A stretch of 64,000 nt of DNA from Octopus sinensis (lineage: Eukaryota): the NCBI RefSeq assembly GCF_006345805.1, contig NW_021833439.1, forward strand, positions 18,987-82,986. Direction: 5' to 3'. The notes beneath the pieces were generated by a model. It did not search any database, was not told the DNA's origin, and saw only the letters and a list, made by a program, of their open reading frames with translations. The position numbers were made by a program, and so were the translations under genes. Each line of letters opens with the position of its first letter. The stretch's first letter is position 1. Below, piece by piece: positions 40,336 through 54,628 of the stretch.

Positions 40336-40465
40336 CATACCAGTCATGTCTGAGTCTATAAGATTCACTTTAACACACTATGTTGTAACCTACAGGGAAA
40401 AGAAGAAATACAGATTTCTCGCATCTAATACAAATGTACGAATTCCGTAACGCGAATGGATTTTA

Positions 40466-40955
40466 CTTAAGTTAATTTTTTGGCTCAAAAAGCAAAAAGC
40501 AAGGCCATGTAGGGGGACATGGCGTTATGTACAGGGAGGGTGTTCATGCAAAGAGTGCAGGCCATTTCTGGTCAAGAGAGACTTTGAACCGAGCGGTCGT
40601 CGGCATCTTCACTATCTCGTCCGGCAGCTTATTCCACAGATCCGCTACCCGGACGGAGAAAGCCCCTTTCCTTCGATTGAGATGAAATCCTCGCAGATAG
40701 AGCTTTTCGGAGTGACCCCGCAGCCGACGCTCTGGAGCAGGAGTGAAGAACAGCTCTTTCGAGAGGTTACACTTTCCGCTTATGATGTTGTGAGCAAGAA
40801 TGAGATCACTACGGCGTCGTCGTTTTTCTAGAGAATAAAGGTCGAGCGTCTTCAGCCTTTCTTCATAAGACAAATGCTTGAGACCAAGAACCATGCGGGT
40901 AGCCAGCTTCTGGACTCTTTCGAGATGATGTATGTCTTTGAGGAGACAAGGATGA
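40466..40955 (-). mobile_element. 5'-truncated CR1-type LINE with an uninterrupted RT C-terminal frame (40544-40954)
   Basis: HPCLLKDIHHLERVQKLATRMVLGLKHLSYEERLKTLDLYSLEKRRRRSDLI...RGHSEKL...FSVRVADLWNKLP is the typical CR1/L2-group ORF2 C-terminus; TTAAC tail. Confidence 0.92.
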
Positions 40956-41379
40956 AATTGAATCTTTAGCAGCGACGGAAGAATTCTCGCATTGATGGAA
41001 GTTTGTTTTTTGTAAATGTTATATTGGGATTAAATCAAGAAGTATTAATTTTTGTTTTGTTTTGTAGTAGTTTAAGATGAAATTGTGCGAGATCTTTGAC
41101 ATAATTTTAGCATCTTTTAATTGTTGTGTCCTGCAGTTTTCAATGGAAAAGGCTTCGATTATAGGATTTAGCTGCGATTTCTAGCAGGCCGTGGTATGGC
41201 ATAGTGAATGAATCGCAAGGCAAAAAAGAAAGAAAAAATCACAACAAAGAAAGAAAAAAAACGTTCTCAGACTCTGAGATTTCTCTACCAAATGCCAAAA
41301 ATCTATCTCTATGAATCTATCAACCTTATGCTATATCCACCTTCTCTCCTCCTTCTCGTCGTCGTGTTTCTCCGCCCTA

Positions 41380-41387
41380 CTACCACC

Positions 41388-41428
<41 letters not shown>

Positions 41429-41515
41429 CACCACCACACTACTACTACTACTACTACTACCAATACTACTACTACTACAACTACTACTACTACTACCACC
41501 ACCACCAGAACTACC

Positions 41516-41550
<35 letters not shown>

Positions 41551-41681
41551 CACTACTACCACTACTACTACCACCACCACCACCACCGCCACCACCACTA
41601 CTACTACTACTACTAGTGCCACTACTACTACTACTACTACAACTACTACTACTACTACCACTACTATTACCACCACCACCG

Positions 41682-41718
<37 letters not shown>

Positions 41719-41756
41719 AACTACTACTATTACCACTACTATTACCACCACCACCG

Positions 41757-41801
<45 letters not shown>

Positions 41802-41825
41802 TTACTACTACCACCACCACCACCA
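41380..41825. repeat. Long compound (ACT)/(ACC) trinucleotide tract
   Basis: Direct; source of the 239/186/143-aa low-complexity ORFs. Confidence 0.95.
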
Positions 41826-42807
41826 ACAACATCACCCCACCCCCACACAACAACATTTATCCCATTCACATCGTGCTCACCTTTCCTCTCGATAAAACAT
41901 GACCGCTCCGCCTATCTACAGGTATGAACGACGAACGAAGGAACGAACAGCGAACAACAAAACAGTAAAAAAAAATAAAAACCCCCAACAACAACTGCAT
42001 CAGCATCAGTAAGAACCATTATGTTCTTTTATTTTTTGATGTTATTTGATCAGATTCCCCCCCCCCACCCCAAAATTAAACAAGAACAATTATTCTTACG
42101 GAACAGAAGATTCGCCTCCAACCAGATACAGAACCCTCAAAAAAAAAATATATAAAGATATATATATGTATATACAATGCATGTTTTATGTGAACGTCTC
42201 TCAATTTAAGACCCATTAATTACTGGAGGATGGGGTTTTTTTTTTTTTGTTTATCGTAAACTGCAAGGGCAGCACATGCCAAGTATATTTCTTTTCGAGT
42301 TCGTTAGCAAAATGATATCAAAGGTGTGTTTCAACATTAAACACCTGGCCAACACTTGAAGTTAACAGACTGCAGATATCTTGGAAATTAAAAGCAAATT
42401 ATATAAAAGGGCGTGTTTATTTACTAAACCACACGTATTAAACCCCCGTCCTCACCTCACCCCCACACACTTTTTCTCTCTTCTCTCTCTTTCCATCCCT
42501 CCTACCCTACTCTCTCTCTCTCTCTCTCTCTTCCTCACGCACACACAATCCCGTATACTCACGCACCTACAAACAAAACACCCACGTGCACACACGCATG
42601 TATATACGCACATACCACATGCACATGGGTATAAAAGTAATGTGTGTGTGTGTATATATATATATGTGTATATATATATACATATACACACACACATACT
42701 CATGTACATTAACACTCCTCGCTCATACACCCACACATAAATGAAATATAATGTTCATATACATTCACAAATAAACCTACGCATATATATATATAAACGT
42801 ATATATT

Positions 42808-43080
42808 AGTGACCCCCTTCGGTCAGACACTGACCATGGGTTTGCACCTAGAGAGTTACCCTCTGAGGCACAAGTCTGGGCAAGGTTGTTGTTTTTTTTT
42901 TATTTTTATGGAAGACCAACAGTCGCCCATGCATACCGGCCTCCCCTCTCCACGTCACCGATGTTGTCCAAGAGAAAGGCAAGGGCCGATACAGCTTGGC
43001 ACCTGTGACGTCGCAACTCATCTCTACAGCTGAGTGAACTGGAGCAACGCGAAATAAAGGGTCTTGCTCAAGAACACAAT
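42808..43080 (-). mobile_element. CORE-type SINE family B, 3' part
   Basis: CTACAGCTGAGTGAACTGGAGCAACG..TCTTGCTCAAGAACAC and tail TTGCACCTAGA. Confidence 0.8.
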
Positions 43081-43169
43081 ATATATTTATATATATATAC
43101 ATACTCACAAACACATATGCATTCACCATTCTTGCTCCTCTCGTCCAACTTTTCGACAAACAGCCTAAT

Positions 43170-43630
43170 AGAAATAATCCTTTGTAATATAGGCAGAAGG
43201 TCAGAAGTTTGGAGAAAGGGGACTAATCGATTACATCGATTCCAGTCTTTCACAGGTACTTAATTAATCGACCACGAAAGGATGAGTTGCAAAGCCGATC
43301 TCAGTTGAATTTGATCTCAGGACTTTGTAGCACATGAAATAGCGCTAAGTATTTTGTCCGGCACGTTAACGATTCTTCCAGTTCGTCGCCTTAATAATCC
43401 TTAATAACATATAATAATAACATATAATAATCCTTAATAATCCTTTCTATTATAAGCACAAGACCTGAAATATCAGGGGAGGGGCCCAGTCGATTATATC
43501 GACCCCAGTACGCAACTGCTACTTAAGTTATCAACCCCGAAAGGATGAAAGGCAAAGTCAACCTCGGAAGTATTTGAACTGAGAATGTGAGAATGCCGCT
43601 AAGCATTTCGCCCAGCGTGCTAACGTTTCT
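43170..43630 (-). mobile_element. Two adjacent family D SINEs
   Basis: 43170-43393 and 43435-43630, separated by (TAATAA)-type tail repeats. Confidence 0.8.
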
Positions 43631-43634
43631 GACA

Positions 43635-44072
43635 TCTCGACGCTTTACTCTTTACTCTCTTTTACTCTTTTACTTGTTTCAGTCATTGACTGCGGCCATG
43701 CTGGAGCACCGCCTTTAGTCGAGCAAATCAACCCCGGGACTTATTCTTTGTAAGCCCAGTACTTATTCTATCGGTCTCTTTTGCCGAACCGCTAAGTGAC
43801 GGGGACGTAAACACACCAGCATCGGTTGTCAAGCAATGCTAGAGGGACAAACACAGACACACAAACATATACACACACATACATACATATATATATATAT
43901 ACATCTATACGACAGGTTTCTTTCAGTTTCCGTCTACCAAATCCACTCACAAGGCATTGGTCGGCCCGAGGCTATAGCAGAAGACATTTGCCCAAGATGC
44001 CACGCAGTGGGACTGAACCCAGAACCATGTGGTTGGTAGGCAAGCTACTTACCACACAGCCACTGCTGCGCC
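43635..44072 (-). mobile_element. Full-length composite family C SINE
   Basis: (TTTACTC)n tail, 3' module, CA/TA tract, CORE-like module and tRNA head ending CCACACAGCCACTGCTGCGCC. Confidence 0.9.
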
Positions 44073-44084
44073 TATTAATAATAA

Positions 44085-44673
44085 TATTCTTTTCTACTCT
44101 AGGCAAAACGCCCGAAATTTTGGGGGAGGGAGCCATGCGATTAGATCGACCCTAGTACGCAACTGCTACTTAATTTATCAACTCCGAAAGGATGAAAGAC
44201 AAAGTCGACATCTGCGGAATTTGAACTCAGAACGTAGCAGCAGATGAAATACCTATTTCTTTACTACCCACAAGGGGCTAAATACAGAGAGGACAAGCAA
44301 GGACAGACAAACGGATTAAGTCGATTGTAACACGACCCCAGTGCGTAACTGGTACTTACTTAATCGACCCCTAAAGGATGAAAGGCATAGTCGACCTCGG
44401 TGGAATTTGAACCCAGAACGTGAAGACAGACCAAATACCTATTTCTTTACTACCCACAAGGAGCTAAACACAGAGGGGACAAACAAGGACAGACAAAGGG
44501 ATTAGGCCCATTGTAACGTCCCAGTGCGTAACTGGTACTTAATTCATCGACCCCGAAAGGATGAAAGGCAAAGTCGACCTCGGAGGAATTTGAACTCAGA
44601 ACGTAGCGGCAGACAAAAAATACCGCTAAGCATTTTGCCCGGCGTGCTAACGTTTCTGCCAGCTCGGCGCCTT
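44085..44673 (-). mobile_element. Tandem array of three family D SINE units
   Basis: Junctions AAATACCTATTTCTTTACTACCC at ~44248 and ~44434 (period 186). Confidence 0.9.
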
Positions 44674-45564
44674 AATAATAGTAATAATAATAATATTTAT
44701 AATACACTTGCTAACTGAAGATACTACATACAAGAAGCCCTAAAGTGTGAACTTGCAAACTAAGATGTCAAAGACCGGATGGTCTTCAACGAACTACTGT
44801 TGCTTTGCTTTGCTTTCTTTGAATACTTTTTCGTTTCCTTGTTTTTTTAATTAAGGAACCGAACGCGCCAGAAGTGTCAAAATGAAGTCTGAATGGCTTT
44901 AAATTAGAATCTATAGCTATATTGATATAAAAGAAATCTCTTAATATTCTTTCGGAAAAATATATAGACGAAGAGAAGTCACAACCCACTCCACACTACC
45001 AAGAGAAAAAAAATAATGGTAATAAGCAAAAGTGAACACGGGCTCATACTTGCTCTTCAATGGTAAACATACTGCATAAATATACGTACAAAAATATACA
45101 TATTTGGAGACTTAAACACATATACATACATACATACATACATACACACACATATACATACATACATAATACATACACACACATATACATACATACATAC
45201 ATACATACACACATACATACATACATACATACATACATACGTACGTACGTACGTACATACATACATAAATACATACACACATACACACATACATACATAC
45301 ATACATACACGCATACATACAAACACATATGTGTGTGAATGTGTGTGCGTGCATATAATCAGATATGGATGCACAAACGTATAAAAATGTTATACATACA
45401 TACATATATACATACATACATACATACATACACACACACACATACATACATACATACATACATACATACATACATACATACACGCATACATACAAACACA
45501 TATGTGTGTGAATGGATGCACAAACGTATAAAGACATTATACATACATACATACATACATACAT

Positions 45565-45614
<50 letters not shown>

Positions 45615-46253
45615 TATATATATATAATATATATATATATATATGTATATATTATATATATATACATTACATACATAAATGCACAACGCACTCTCACACA
45701 CGTATACATGTAAATGCATTCGTATACACAGGCAAATATACATACTCACACACACGTACGTATACACGCACAGATATTCTTTATACATACATTACGAAAC
45801 ATACATACACTTTCATAAAATCTAAAATGATAATGTGTATTAAGAAAAAGTAAAAAAAATATATATATAAAATAAAAATAAAATTAAAAAAAACAAGACA
45901 AAACTATACGTGTAAAGCAAATATGTAGCAAGGAATTTAACCTGATAACCCTTAAGAAAATAGCAATTAATTATTGATCACGTGATTTGAGGAACAATTT
46001 TGAAATTAAGTTTTGGTAACGTGAGTGCGCATGAGCTAAGCGGATCATGGTAGGTGTTGAGAATCACGTTTCTATTTGAGATGTCCAACAAACACAGTAC
46101 GGGGTTAATGTAGAATAGCCAAAGTAAACATTGGCTGGTGCAGAACAATGTAGTCTGGTGCCTGAGGAGTTGTGAAACAATTATATAGCATGACTGGCGA
46201 AACGGTTATTAAATGGAGTTAAACACCGCTGTAACAATATCACTTGTATACTA

Positions 46254-46269
46254 CAAGCAGGGGGCGCTA
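46254..46269 (+). promoter_or_regulatory. CTCF-like binding motif
   Basis: CAAGCAGGGGGCGCTA, one mismatch from the CCASYAGRKGGCRS core, in non-repetitive sequence. Confidence 0.35.
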
Positions 46270-46469
46270 GCTGCAAAGAGCGTGACGGGGATACGCACAC
46301 ACGCGCATTTGTATATACGTCTGTGTATATATGTGTGTATATATATGTGCATATATATATATATATGCAGATATATACATGTATATATGTATATATACAT
46401 ATCTGTATAAACACAAACACACACACATATACATGTACATACATATCTATACATATAAGGAAATAAATA

Positions 46470-46510
<41 letters not shown>

Positions 46511-46632
46511 ATATATATATAAATATATTATTTGTGTATAAATATATATATATACGTGTGTGTATAGATATATATGTATTATAATATATATATACATATA
46601 TAATATATATATATATAACATATATATATATG

Positions 46633-47605
46633 TACATGTATATACATATACATTCTGACATAAATATCTATCTATCTACCTACCTCTCTCTCTTTCTCTC
46701 TCTCTTTATATATATATATATATATACACGAGTAAATATACATATGTATATATGTATATATATTTGTATATAGATTATATGTACGTATGTATACACACAC
46801 ACACACACACATTCACACACATACATGGTGTGTGTCTGCATGCATGTTATGAGTATTCATTTATCTGGTAGCGTTGGTGGTGACGGACGACAATATTGTT
46901 GCAGACGGTTTAGGGTACGGATTAAAATTTTTCACTAGTTCACAGTTCCTAAGATTAAATCTAAACAAAATTGATGTTTGCCTTCCATACTTTCTCAAGA
47001 TTTGATGAAATAAGTAATTACCGTTATACCCCCTGTATCAAGATGGCCACGTACACGGCCAACTGTTCGAGGCGCGGGAGATGGCGGGAAGGGGGAATCA
47101 ATCAACGCTTACTACTATTAAATGTTTAGCCACATACGAAATATGTAAAAGTGCTCCATCTTTGATTATGGTAATTCAGCGAAACCAATGGAGAATTATA
47201 TATATATAGTGAGGCGCGTGGCTTAGGGGTTAGGGCGTCCGGCTCATGATCGTAAGGTTATGAGATCGATTCCCGGCGACGCGTTTTGTCCTTGAGCAAG
47301 ACACTTTATTTCACGTTGCTCCAGTCCACTTAGCTGGCAAAGATGAGTAGTACCAGTATTTCAAAATGGGCCAGCTTTGTCACACTATGTGTCACGACGA
47401 ATCTCCTTGCCAACTACGTTAAGGGTAGTATATATAGGAGTGGCTGTGTGGTAAGTAGCTTGCTTACCAACCACATGGTTCCAGGTTCAGTCCCATTGCG
47501 CGGCACCTTCGGCAAGTGTCTTCTACTATAGCCTCGGGCCGACCAAAGCCTTGTGAGTGGATTTGGTAGATGGAAAGAAAAGACACCCGTCGTACATATA
47601 TATAT

Positions 47606-47657
<52 letters not shown>

Positions 47658-47696
47658 ATATATATGTGTGTATAAATATATATATATACGTGTGTG

Positions 47697-47741
<45 letters not shown>

Positions 47742-48715
47742 TATATATATATATATTATATATATATATATATACATGTATATACATATACATTCTGACA
47801 TAAATATCTATCTATCTACCTACCTCTCTCTTTCTCTCTCTCTTTATATATATATATATATATTACACGAGTAAATATACATATGTATATATGTATATAT
47901 ATTTGTATATAGATTATATGTACGTATGTATACACACACACACACACACATTCACACACATACATGGTGTGTGTCTGCATGCATGTTATGAGTATTCATT
48001 TATCTGGTAGCGTTGGTGGTGACGGACGACAATATTGTTGCAGACGGTTTAGGGTACGGATTAAAATTTTTCACTAGTTCACAGTTCCTAAGATTAAATC
48101 TAAACAAAATTGATGTTTGCCTTCCATACTTTCTCAAGATTTGATGAAATAAGTAATTACCGTTAATACCCCCTGTATCAAGATGGCCACGTACACGGCC
48201 AACTGTTCGAGGCGCGGGAGATGGCGGGAAGGGGGAATCAATCAACGCTTAACTACTATTAAATGTTTAGCCACATACGAAATATGTAAAAGTGCTCCAT
48301 CTTGATTATGGTAATTCAGCGAAACCAATGGAGAATTATATATATATAGTGAAGGCGCGTGGCTTAGGGTTGGTAGGGCGTCCGGCTCATGATCGTAAGG
48401 TTATGAGATCGATTCCCGGCGACGCGTTTTGTCCTTGAGCAAGACACTTTATTTCACGTTGCTCCAGTCCACTTAGCTGGCAAAGATGAGTAGTACCAGT
48501 ATTTCAAAATGGGCCAGCTTTGTCACACTATGTGTCACGACGAATCTCCTTGCCAACTACGTTAAGGGTAGTATATATAGGAGTGGCTGTGTGGTAAGTA
48601 GCTTGCTTACCAACCACATGGTTCCAGGTTCAGTCCCATTGCGCGGCACCTTCGGCAAGTGTCTTCTACTATAGCCTCGGGCCGACCAAAGCCTTGTGAG
48701 TGAAAGACACCCGTC

Positions 48716-48725
<10 letters not shown>
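46633..48725 (+). repeat. 1,140-bp-period tandem duplication (46633-47600 and 47773-48725)
   Basis: TACATGTATATACATATACATTCTGAC at 46633 and 47773; copies differ by small indels. Confidence 0.95.
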
Positions 48726-48757
<32 letters not shown>

Positions 48758-48985
48758 GTGTGTATATTTGTTTGTATGTCTGTGTTTTTTCCCCAAAAAT
48801 CGCTTGACAACCGATGCTGGTGTGTTTACGTCCCTGTAACTTAGCAGTTCTGCAAAAAAAAAACGATAAAATAAGTACTAGGCTTACAAAGAATAAGTCT
48901 TGGTGTCGATTTGCTCAACTAAAGGCGGTGCTCCAGTATGGCCACAGTCAAATGACTGAAAAAAGTAAAAGAGTAAAAAGAGTAT
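48578..48985 (+). mobile_element. Full composite family C SINE (its head is also duplicated at 47436-47600)
   Basis: GGAGTGGCTGTGTGGTAAG head to GTAAAAGAGTAAAAAGAG tail. Confidence 0.88.
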
Positions 48986-49517
48986 ACATTTACATGGATT
49001 ACTAATTTATATAGATTACGAATTAATTTATATAGATTACTAATCAATCTGATTATCCGAGGTTACAAAGTGCCTCACAACCCGAAAGATTCCATCATGG
49101 TACATGTATGTATGTAAGCATACATACCTATGTGTATACATGCATACGTCAATATATGCATGTTTGCGTGGCTTCGTTTTTTTTGTCGCCTTTTTTTAGT
49201 TCCAGTTCGTATCTACTTATACAAGCTGTAAACCAGTGATGAAAATTCATTACTGTCGGGAACATTCCATTTCTAAAATACAATAGGCAGAGTGTGTTCT
49301 GCTGTCCATAGCATAGAGGAGATTAACTATTGCTGGTTGTTTGCTTTCTAGTACAAAATATGAGGCTAATGTGGTTAGTGACGTGACAACAATTTCTCGC
49401 TGTTTGTGCTTCGTACGATCTACAAACAATTTGAGAACTGTGCAGTCAAAATGGCTGCTGTCCGAAAAATGCGGTCAGTAAAGAATAATTGAATACATAC
49501 ATACATACTCAAGTAAT

Positions 49518-49554
<37 letters not shown>

Positions 49555-50367
49555 CTAAGACAGAGAATAAAAACTAAATTGAAATAGTCAACACCCACAT
49601 ATATACAACTATAAATATATGCATATATGTGTATGTGTGTATACATATCTGTGTGTCTGTGTGTATGTGTGTGTGTGTGTGTGTGTACACCCACACGAAA
49701 CATGCACTAATTGATCACCCTGTATGAAACTTAATATTGGCAGCAATACACACATTTTAAAGATAGCGTTTACACGCAGAAATGTGTACACACATATATA
49801 TATAATATATGAATGCAAACACGTATGTATATATATATATATATGTGTGTGTGTGCACGCGCGTATGCGTGAATGCGTTCGTAAGTGTGTGTATGTAAGT
49901 ATATAGGTGTATATGTTTGTGTGTGTGTGCGTGTTTGAGTGAGATCAGTGTGTATGCAAACGTGTGGATTTATGGCACACTTCCATTCGATAAGAGAATG
50001 GCATACCAATAGATATGGTTATCTTATCTTCACTATAACGGTGTTCGTTTCCAGCGAGGCACGCTTTCACATAGTGTCAGCTGATTACGTTGAGAACAGA
50101 CCTCGACAAAGCACCGTAATTGATATCGCTTTTGAACAAAAAAAAACCCCAAAAGAATGAAAATACGAAGACACACGTTGCCAAAGAAATGGGAGAGTGA
50201 TTCAGTCAACAGACACGGCTGCAGATTTTCACACACACACACGCTGATTACAGTATATCTAAATATATGTATACATGACACACGCTTATAAACACACCAC
50301 ATACACAGGCACGTTAGTGCTTACACTCATTCATATATATATATATTATATATATATAATATATATA

Positions 50368-50411
<44 letters not shown>

Positions 50412-50799
50412 AATTATTCCGTTTTCTTGCACAATGCGTAGTCGAAAATAATGAGATCTCCCTCAATTTTTCTGCCTAGAACTCAGTTGTATATTTTATC
50501 ACCTGATTTATGTTGTATTTTTACCATTTTACTATTTTCTAATTTTGGGCATAAACTGAAATATTAGATGATTTCTCCTTTTATATACGAGTAAATGTAG
50601 CATATTCATAGGTGTGTATATAGCCTCGGGCTGAGCAAAATCTTGTGAATGGATTTGGTAGACGGAAACTGAAAAGAGACAGTCTTTTTTTTTATTTTTC
50701 TCATTTGATATTTTGCATGTAGAATGCCAAAAATAGTATTTCGGTGTTGGTATATATCTCGAAAAGAGGAGATACGTAGGCTACTTTATAAAAAGAAAA

Positions 50800-51117
50800 T
50801 ACCCACTTCGGTCATGAATGACCATAGGCTTGCACCTAGAATGTTACCGTCTAAGGCACAAGTCCGGATAAGTTTATGGAAGACCAGCAGTTACCCATGC
50901 ATACCAGTTTCTCCTCTACGCGCCACCGATGATATACAAAGGCCGATACAGCTTGGTACCACTGATGTTGCAAATCATTACTAGGGCTTAGTGATCTGGA
51001 GCAACAGGAAATAAAGTGTCTTGCTCAAGAACGCAACACACAGCCCGGTCCGGGAATCGAAATCACTATCTTGTGATTGTGGGCCGGATGCTCTGAACAC
51101 TGAACCATGTGTCTTCA
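50800..51117 (-). mobile_element. CORE-type SINE family B
   Basis: GTGTCTTGCTCAAGAAC..CAGCCCGGTCCGGGAATCGAA head and TTGCACCTAGAA tail. Confidence 0.8.
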
Positions 51118-51255
51118 CAAATGTTAGTATCACTGAGTGATATTAACGCAGTGTTGTTTATAATATATGTAACAGTCAACAATGTAGTGTTGAAACAGCT
51201 GCAGGGAAATGTGTGCGTGTATATGTGTGAATGTACGTGTGTGCGTGTATGTATG

Positions 51256-51344
<89 letters not shown>

Positions 51345-51554
51345 CTATCCCTTTGTGTCACCCCAACACTGCTTGACAACCGATATTGCGGTATTGGTGT
51401 GTTAGCTAAAAACACGTCATGTACCAGGGTCAATTCGTTCGACTTAAAATGGCCGCATTCAAATAACACAACCAAGTAAATAATAGACGTAAAAGTTAAA
51501 AGATATGTGTATAAATATATACACACACACACATATATATATATAAATAAATAA

Positions 51555-51611
<57 letters not shown>

Positions 51612-51893
51612 TGTGTGTGTATATGACAAAATACTCAACTGCGCACATGCAAATATACATACGCACACAAACACAATCAATCACTTCCGTTCGCTACAAT
51701 TCGCTCTCCTGTATTTGAACATTACACTTAGTCCTCATATTTCCGGTCATTCAACTACTGACGAGAAAGCTAATACAAGTGGAATGCATGCCTGAAAATA
51801 TTCTCTTTATTTTTATTTGCTCCATATCTTTTCTCTTTCTCTATCTTTCTGTGTTTCGCTGTCTCTGTCTCTCTGTCTCTCTGTCTCTCTCTC

Positions 51894-51971
<78 letters not shown>

Positions 51972-52159
51972 CCATCCATTTATATTTTTATAGCTTTGTC
52001 CGAAACGTCCAGACTTATTTTCAGACTTTTATTTAGCCCTTCTTTCATATCTTCTGAGTAATCAAATCATAGGGTATTGTGGTAATTGAAAAAAATTGGG
52101 AATGTTTAACATATACGATGCATAGATGCCACGAAAATATCTCCTGTGTATCATATGAG

Positions 52160-52675
52160 TGAGGGCAGATGGCTTAGTGGTTAGGGTGTTTGGTTTAACA
52201 TCACAAGATTATGAGTTCAATTTCCGGCGACGCGTTATATCCTTGAGCAAGACACTATATTTTATGTTGCTCCAGTTTACTCAGCTGGCAAAAATGAGTA
52301 GTACCTGTATTTTAAAGGGCCAGCCTTCTCACATTCTATGTTACGCTGAACCTCCTTGAGAATCCATGGGATTGCACCTAGAAATTTACCCTCCAATGTA
52401 CAAGTCTGGGCAAGGTTGTTTATAGAAGACCAGCAGTGGCCCATGCATCCCATCATACCCTCTCCGTGTCAGTGATATTATCCAAGGGTAAGGTGAAGGA
52501 CAATACAGCTCGGCACCAGTAACGTTACAGCTCATTTCTACAGCTGAGTGAACTGGAGCAACGTGAAAAAAAGGGTCTCTCTCAAGAAATCAACACACAG
52601 CCCGGTCCGGAAATCGAACTCACAACCTCAGGATTATGAGCCCGACACTCTAACCATTGAGTCATGCGCCTTTAC
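52160..52675. mobile_element. Two family B SINEs in opposite orientation (+ 52160-52360, - 52365-52675)
   Basis: TTGAGCAAGACAC..TTGCTCCAGTTTACTCAGCTG on plus; CAGCTGAGTGAACTGGAGCAACG on minus. Confidence 0.8.
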
Positions 52676-52707
52676 AACCATTTATAAGTGAATTTAGCGA
52701 TGGGCTA

Positions 52708-53258
52708 GAGGCAGCGAGCTGGCAGAAGCGTTAGTACGCCGGGCGAAACGCTTAGCGATATTTCGCTTGTCTTAACGGGGTCGATAAATTAAGTACCAGT
52801 TACGCACTGGGGTCGCTGTAGTCGACTTAATCCGTTTGTCCCCTCTATGTTTAGCCCCTTGTGGGCAATAAAGAAATGAGAAACGATAACACGCGGGGCG
52901 AAACGCTTAGCAGTATTTCGCCCGTCTTTACGTTCTGAGTTCAAATTCCACTGAGGTCGACTTTGCCCTTCATCCTTTCGGGGTCGATAAATTAAGTATC
53001 AGTTAAGCACTGAGGTTGATATAATCGACTTAATCCGTTTGTCTGTCCTTGTTTGTTCCTCTCTGTGTTCAGCCCCTTATGGGTAGTAAAGAAATAGGTA
53101 TTTCGCCTGTCTTAATGTTCTGAGTTCACATTCCGGCGAGGTCGACTTTGCCTTTCATCCTTTCGGGGTCGATAAATTAAGTACCAGTTAGGTACTGGGG
53201 TCGATCTAATCGACTGGCTCCCTTCCCTAACATTTCGGACCTTGTGCCTAGAGTAGAA
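52708..53258 (+). mobile_element. Tandem trimer of family D SINE units
   Basis: Junctions AAAGAAATGAGAAACG at ~52870 and AAAGAAATAGGTATTTCG at ~53090. Confidence 0.88.
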
Positions 53259-53836
53259 AAAATAAAAAAATAATAACGAGGAGCTAGTTCGGTCCATCGA
53301 CCAACAGAAAACTCATCGTTAAAACCGACGAAGAATCCATGATTTATTATTTACTTTTGTAAATAGAAACATAATTGAAATTATTGCATGCATAGATGAT
53401 GCGTTAATAAAAATGACAGTATATCGTTAATTTTTAAGACTCGTGTCATTACTAATATTTATTTGGAAACTTTTCGAAATTTCAGAATTTAATTATGAAC
53501 AAGATACTTCCACATCTCATTCCCCCATCCCTATGGAGCGAAATAATAAATACAGCATAAGTACATAGAACAACACGAAGTTTGAAGCCAAGTGTAAAAT
53601 TTGTAAATAAACAGAATATCTTTTATATTTGCCCCCCTTCAAAGTAAAACTGATAGGCGTCTGTGTGTGCGTATGGACGAGCACATAACTACATACATAC
53701 GTCCATATATACATGCACTTAAATTATACATACCCCCCCACACACACACACACACACATCTTGCTCCTAAGAAAGCTGAGTACTGTGTCTGATAAGAAGT
53801 CCCCTCTAGTAATGGTAGAAATCTTTATCATTGCCG

Positions 53837-53878
<42 letters not shown>

Positions 53879-53994
53879 ACTGTATCAGCAGCAGCAGCAG
53901 CAGCAGTGGCAGCAGTAGTAGCATTTGTAGTAGTAGTAGTAGCAGCTGCATCTGTTCGCCCTATACATACATGCTATAGGCCAAATTAGACATA

Positions 53995-54501
53995 CCGTAA
54001 ATCCTCGAGTATAGTCCACCCTTGAGTATAATACACTGGGGATTTTTAGGGGCCTGTGCCTCTGAAAAACCTAAACCTTGTGTATAATACGCACTCCTTC
54101 TCTACTTGAGTCGTACGTAATTAAGCCAGCAGCACCTAGTCGAACAAACACTTCCACGCATGCGTATTACATAATAGTGATGTTCTTAACTGTTACATGG
54201 GAATGTAAATATGTTTGCAAATTGTTATTCTGTGTTCTGAATACTTTTATTTTAATAAATGTTGCTTACTGCAAGTTATGGATGATTCTTTTATGACTTC
54301 ATTGTTTTCAGGCTTAGCTTAAGGTATTTTCGCGACCGACATCACAAAATTCGTCTGAATAAATATTGCCGGACAGGAAATAGAAACTCGGACATTACTT
54401 AGATAATATTTTTCATTTCTAACCTCGTATATAGTACGCACTAGGGATTTTGACCTTTAAATTTTGGGGGAAAAATGCGGATTATACTCGAGGATTTACG
54501 G
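53995..54501. mobile_element. pogo/Tigger-like (Tc1/mariner superfamily) MITE with TA TSD
   Basis: TA|CCGTAAATCCTCGAGTATAGTCC ... GGATTATACTCGAGGATTTACGG|TA; 23-bp TIR with one mismatch. Confidence 0.9.
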
Positions 54502-54583
54502 TATATCAAAATAAAGCTGATACAAGCTACAAGCTAAACACCAATCATTTTCAAGAGAACAACAATTTCAATATGTATGTATG

Positions 54584-54628
<45 letters not shown>

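Noticed and set aside
41208-41927. Longest ORF in the window (239 aa)
   Set aside because: Arises from the (ACT)/(ACC) tract, which is stop-poor in several frames on both strands
46155-46190. CTGAGGA-GTTGT-GAAAC motif
   Set aside because: Stem II is too short to form and the stem I register is off; likely chance
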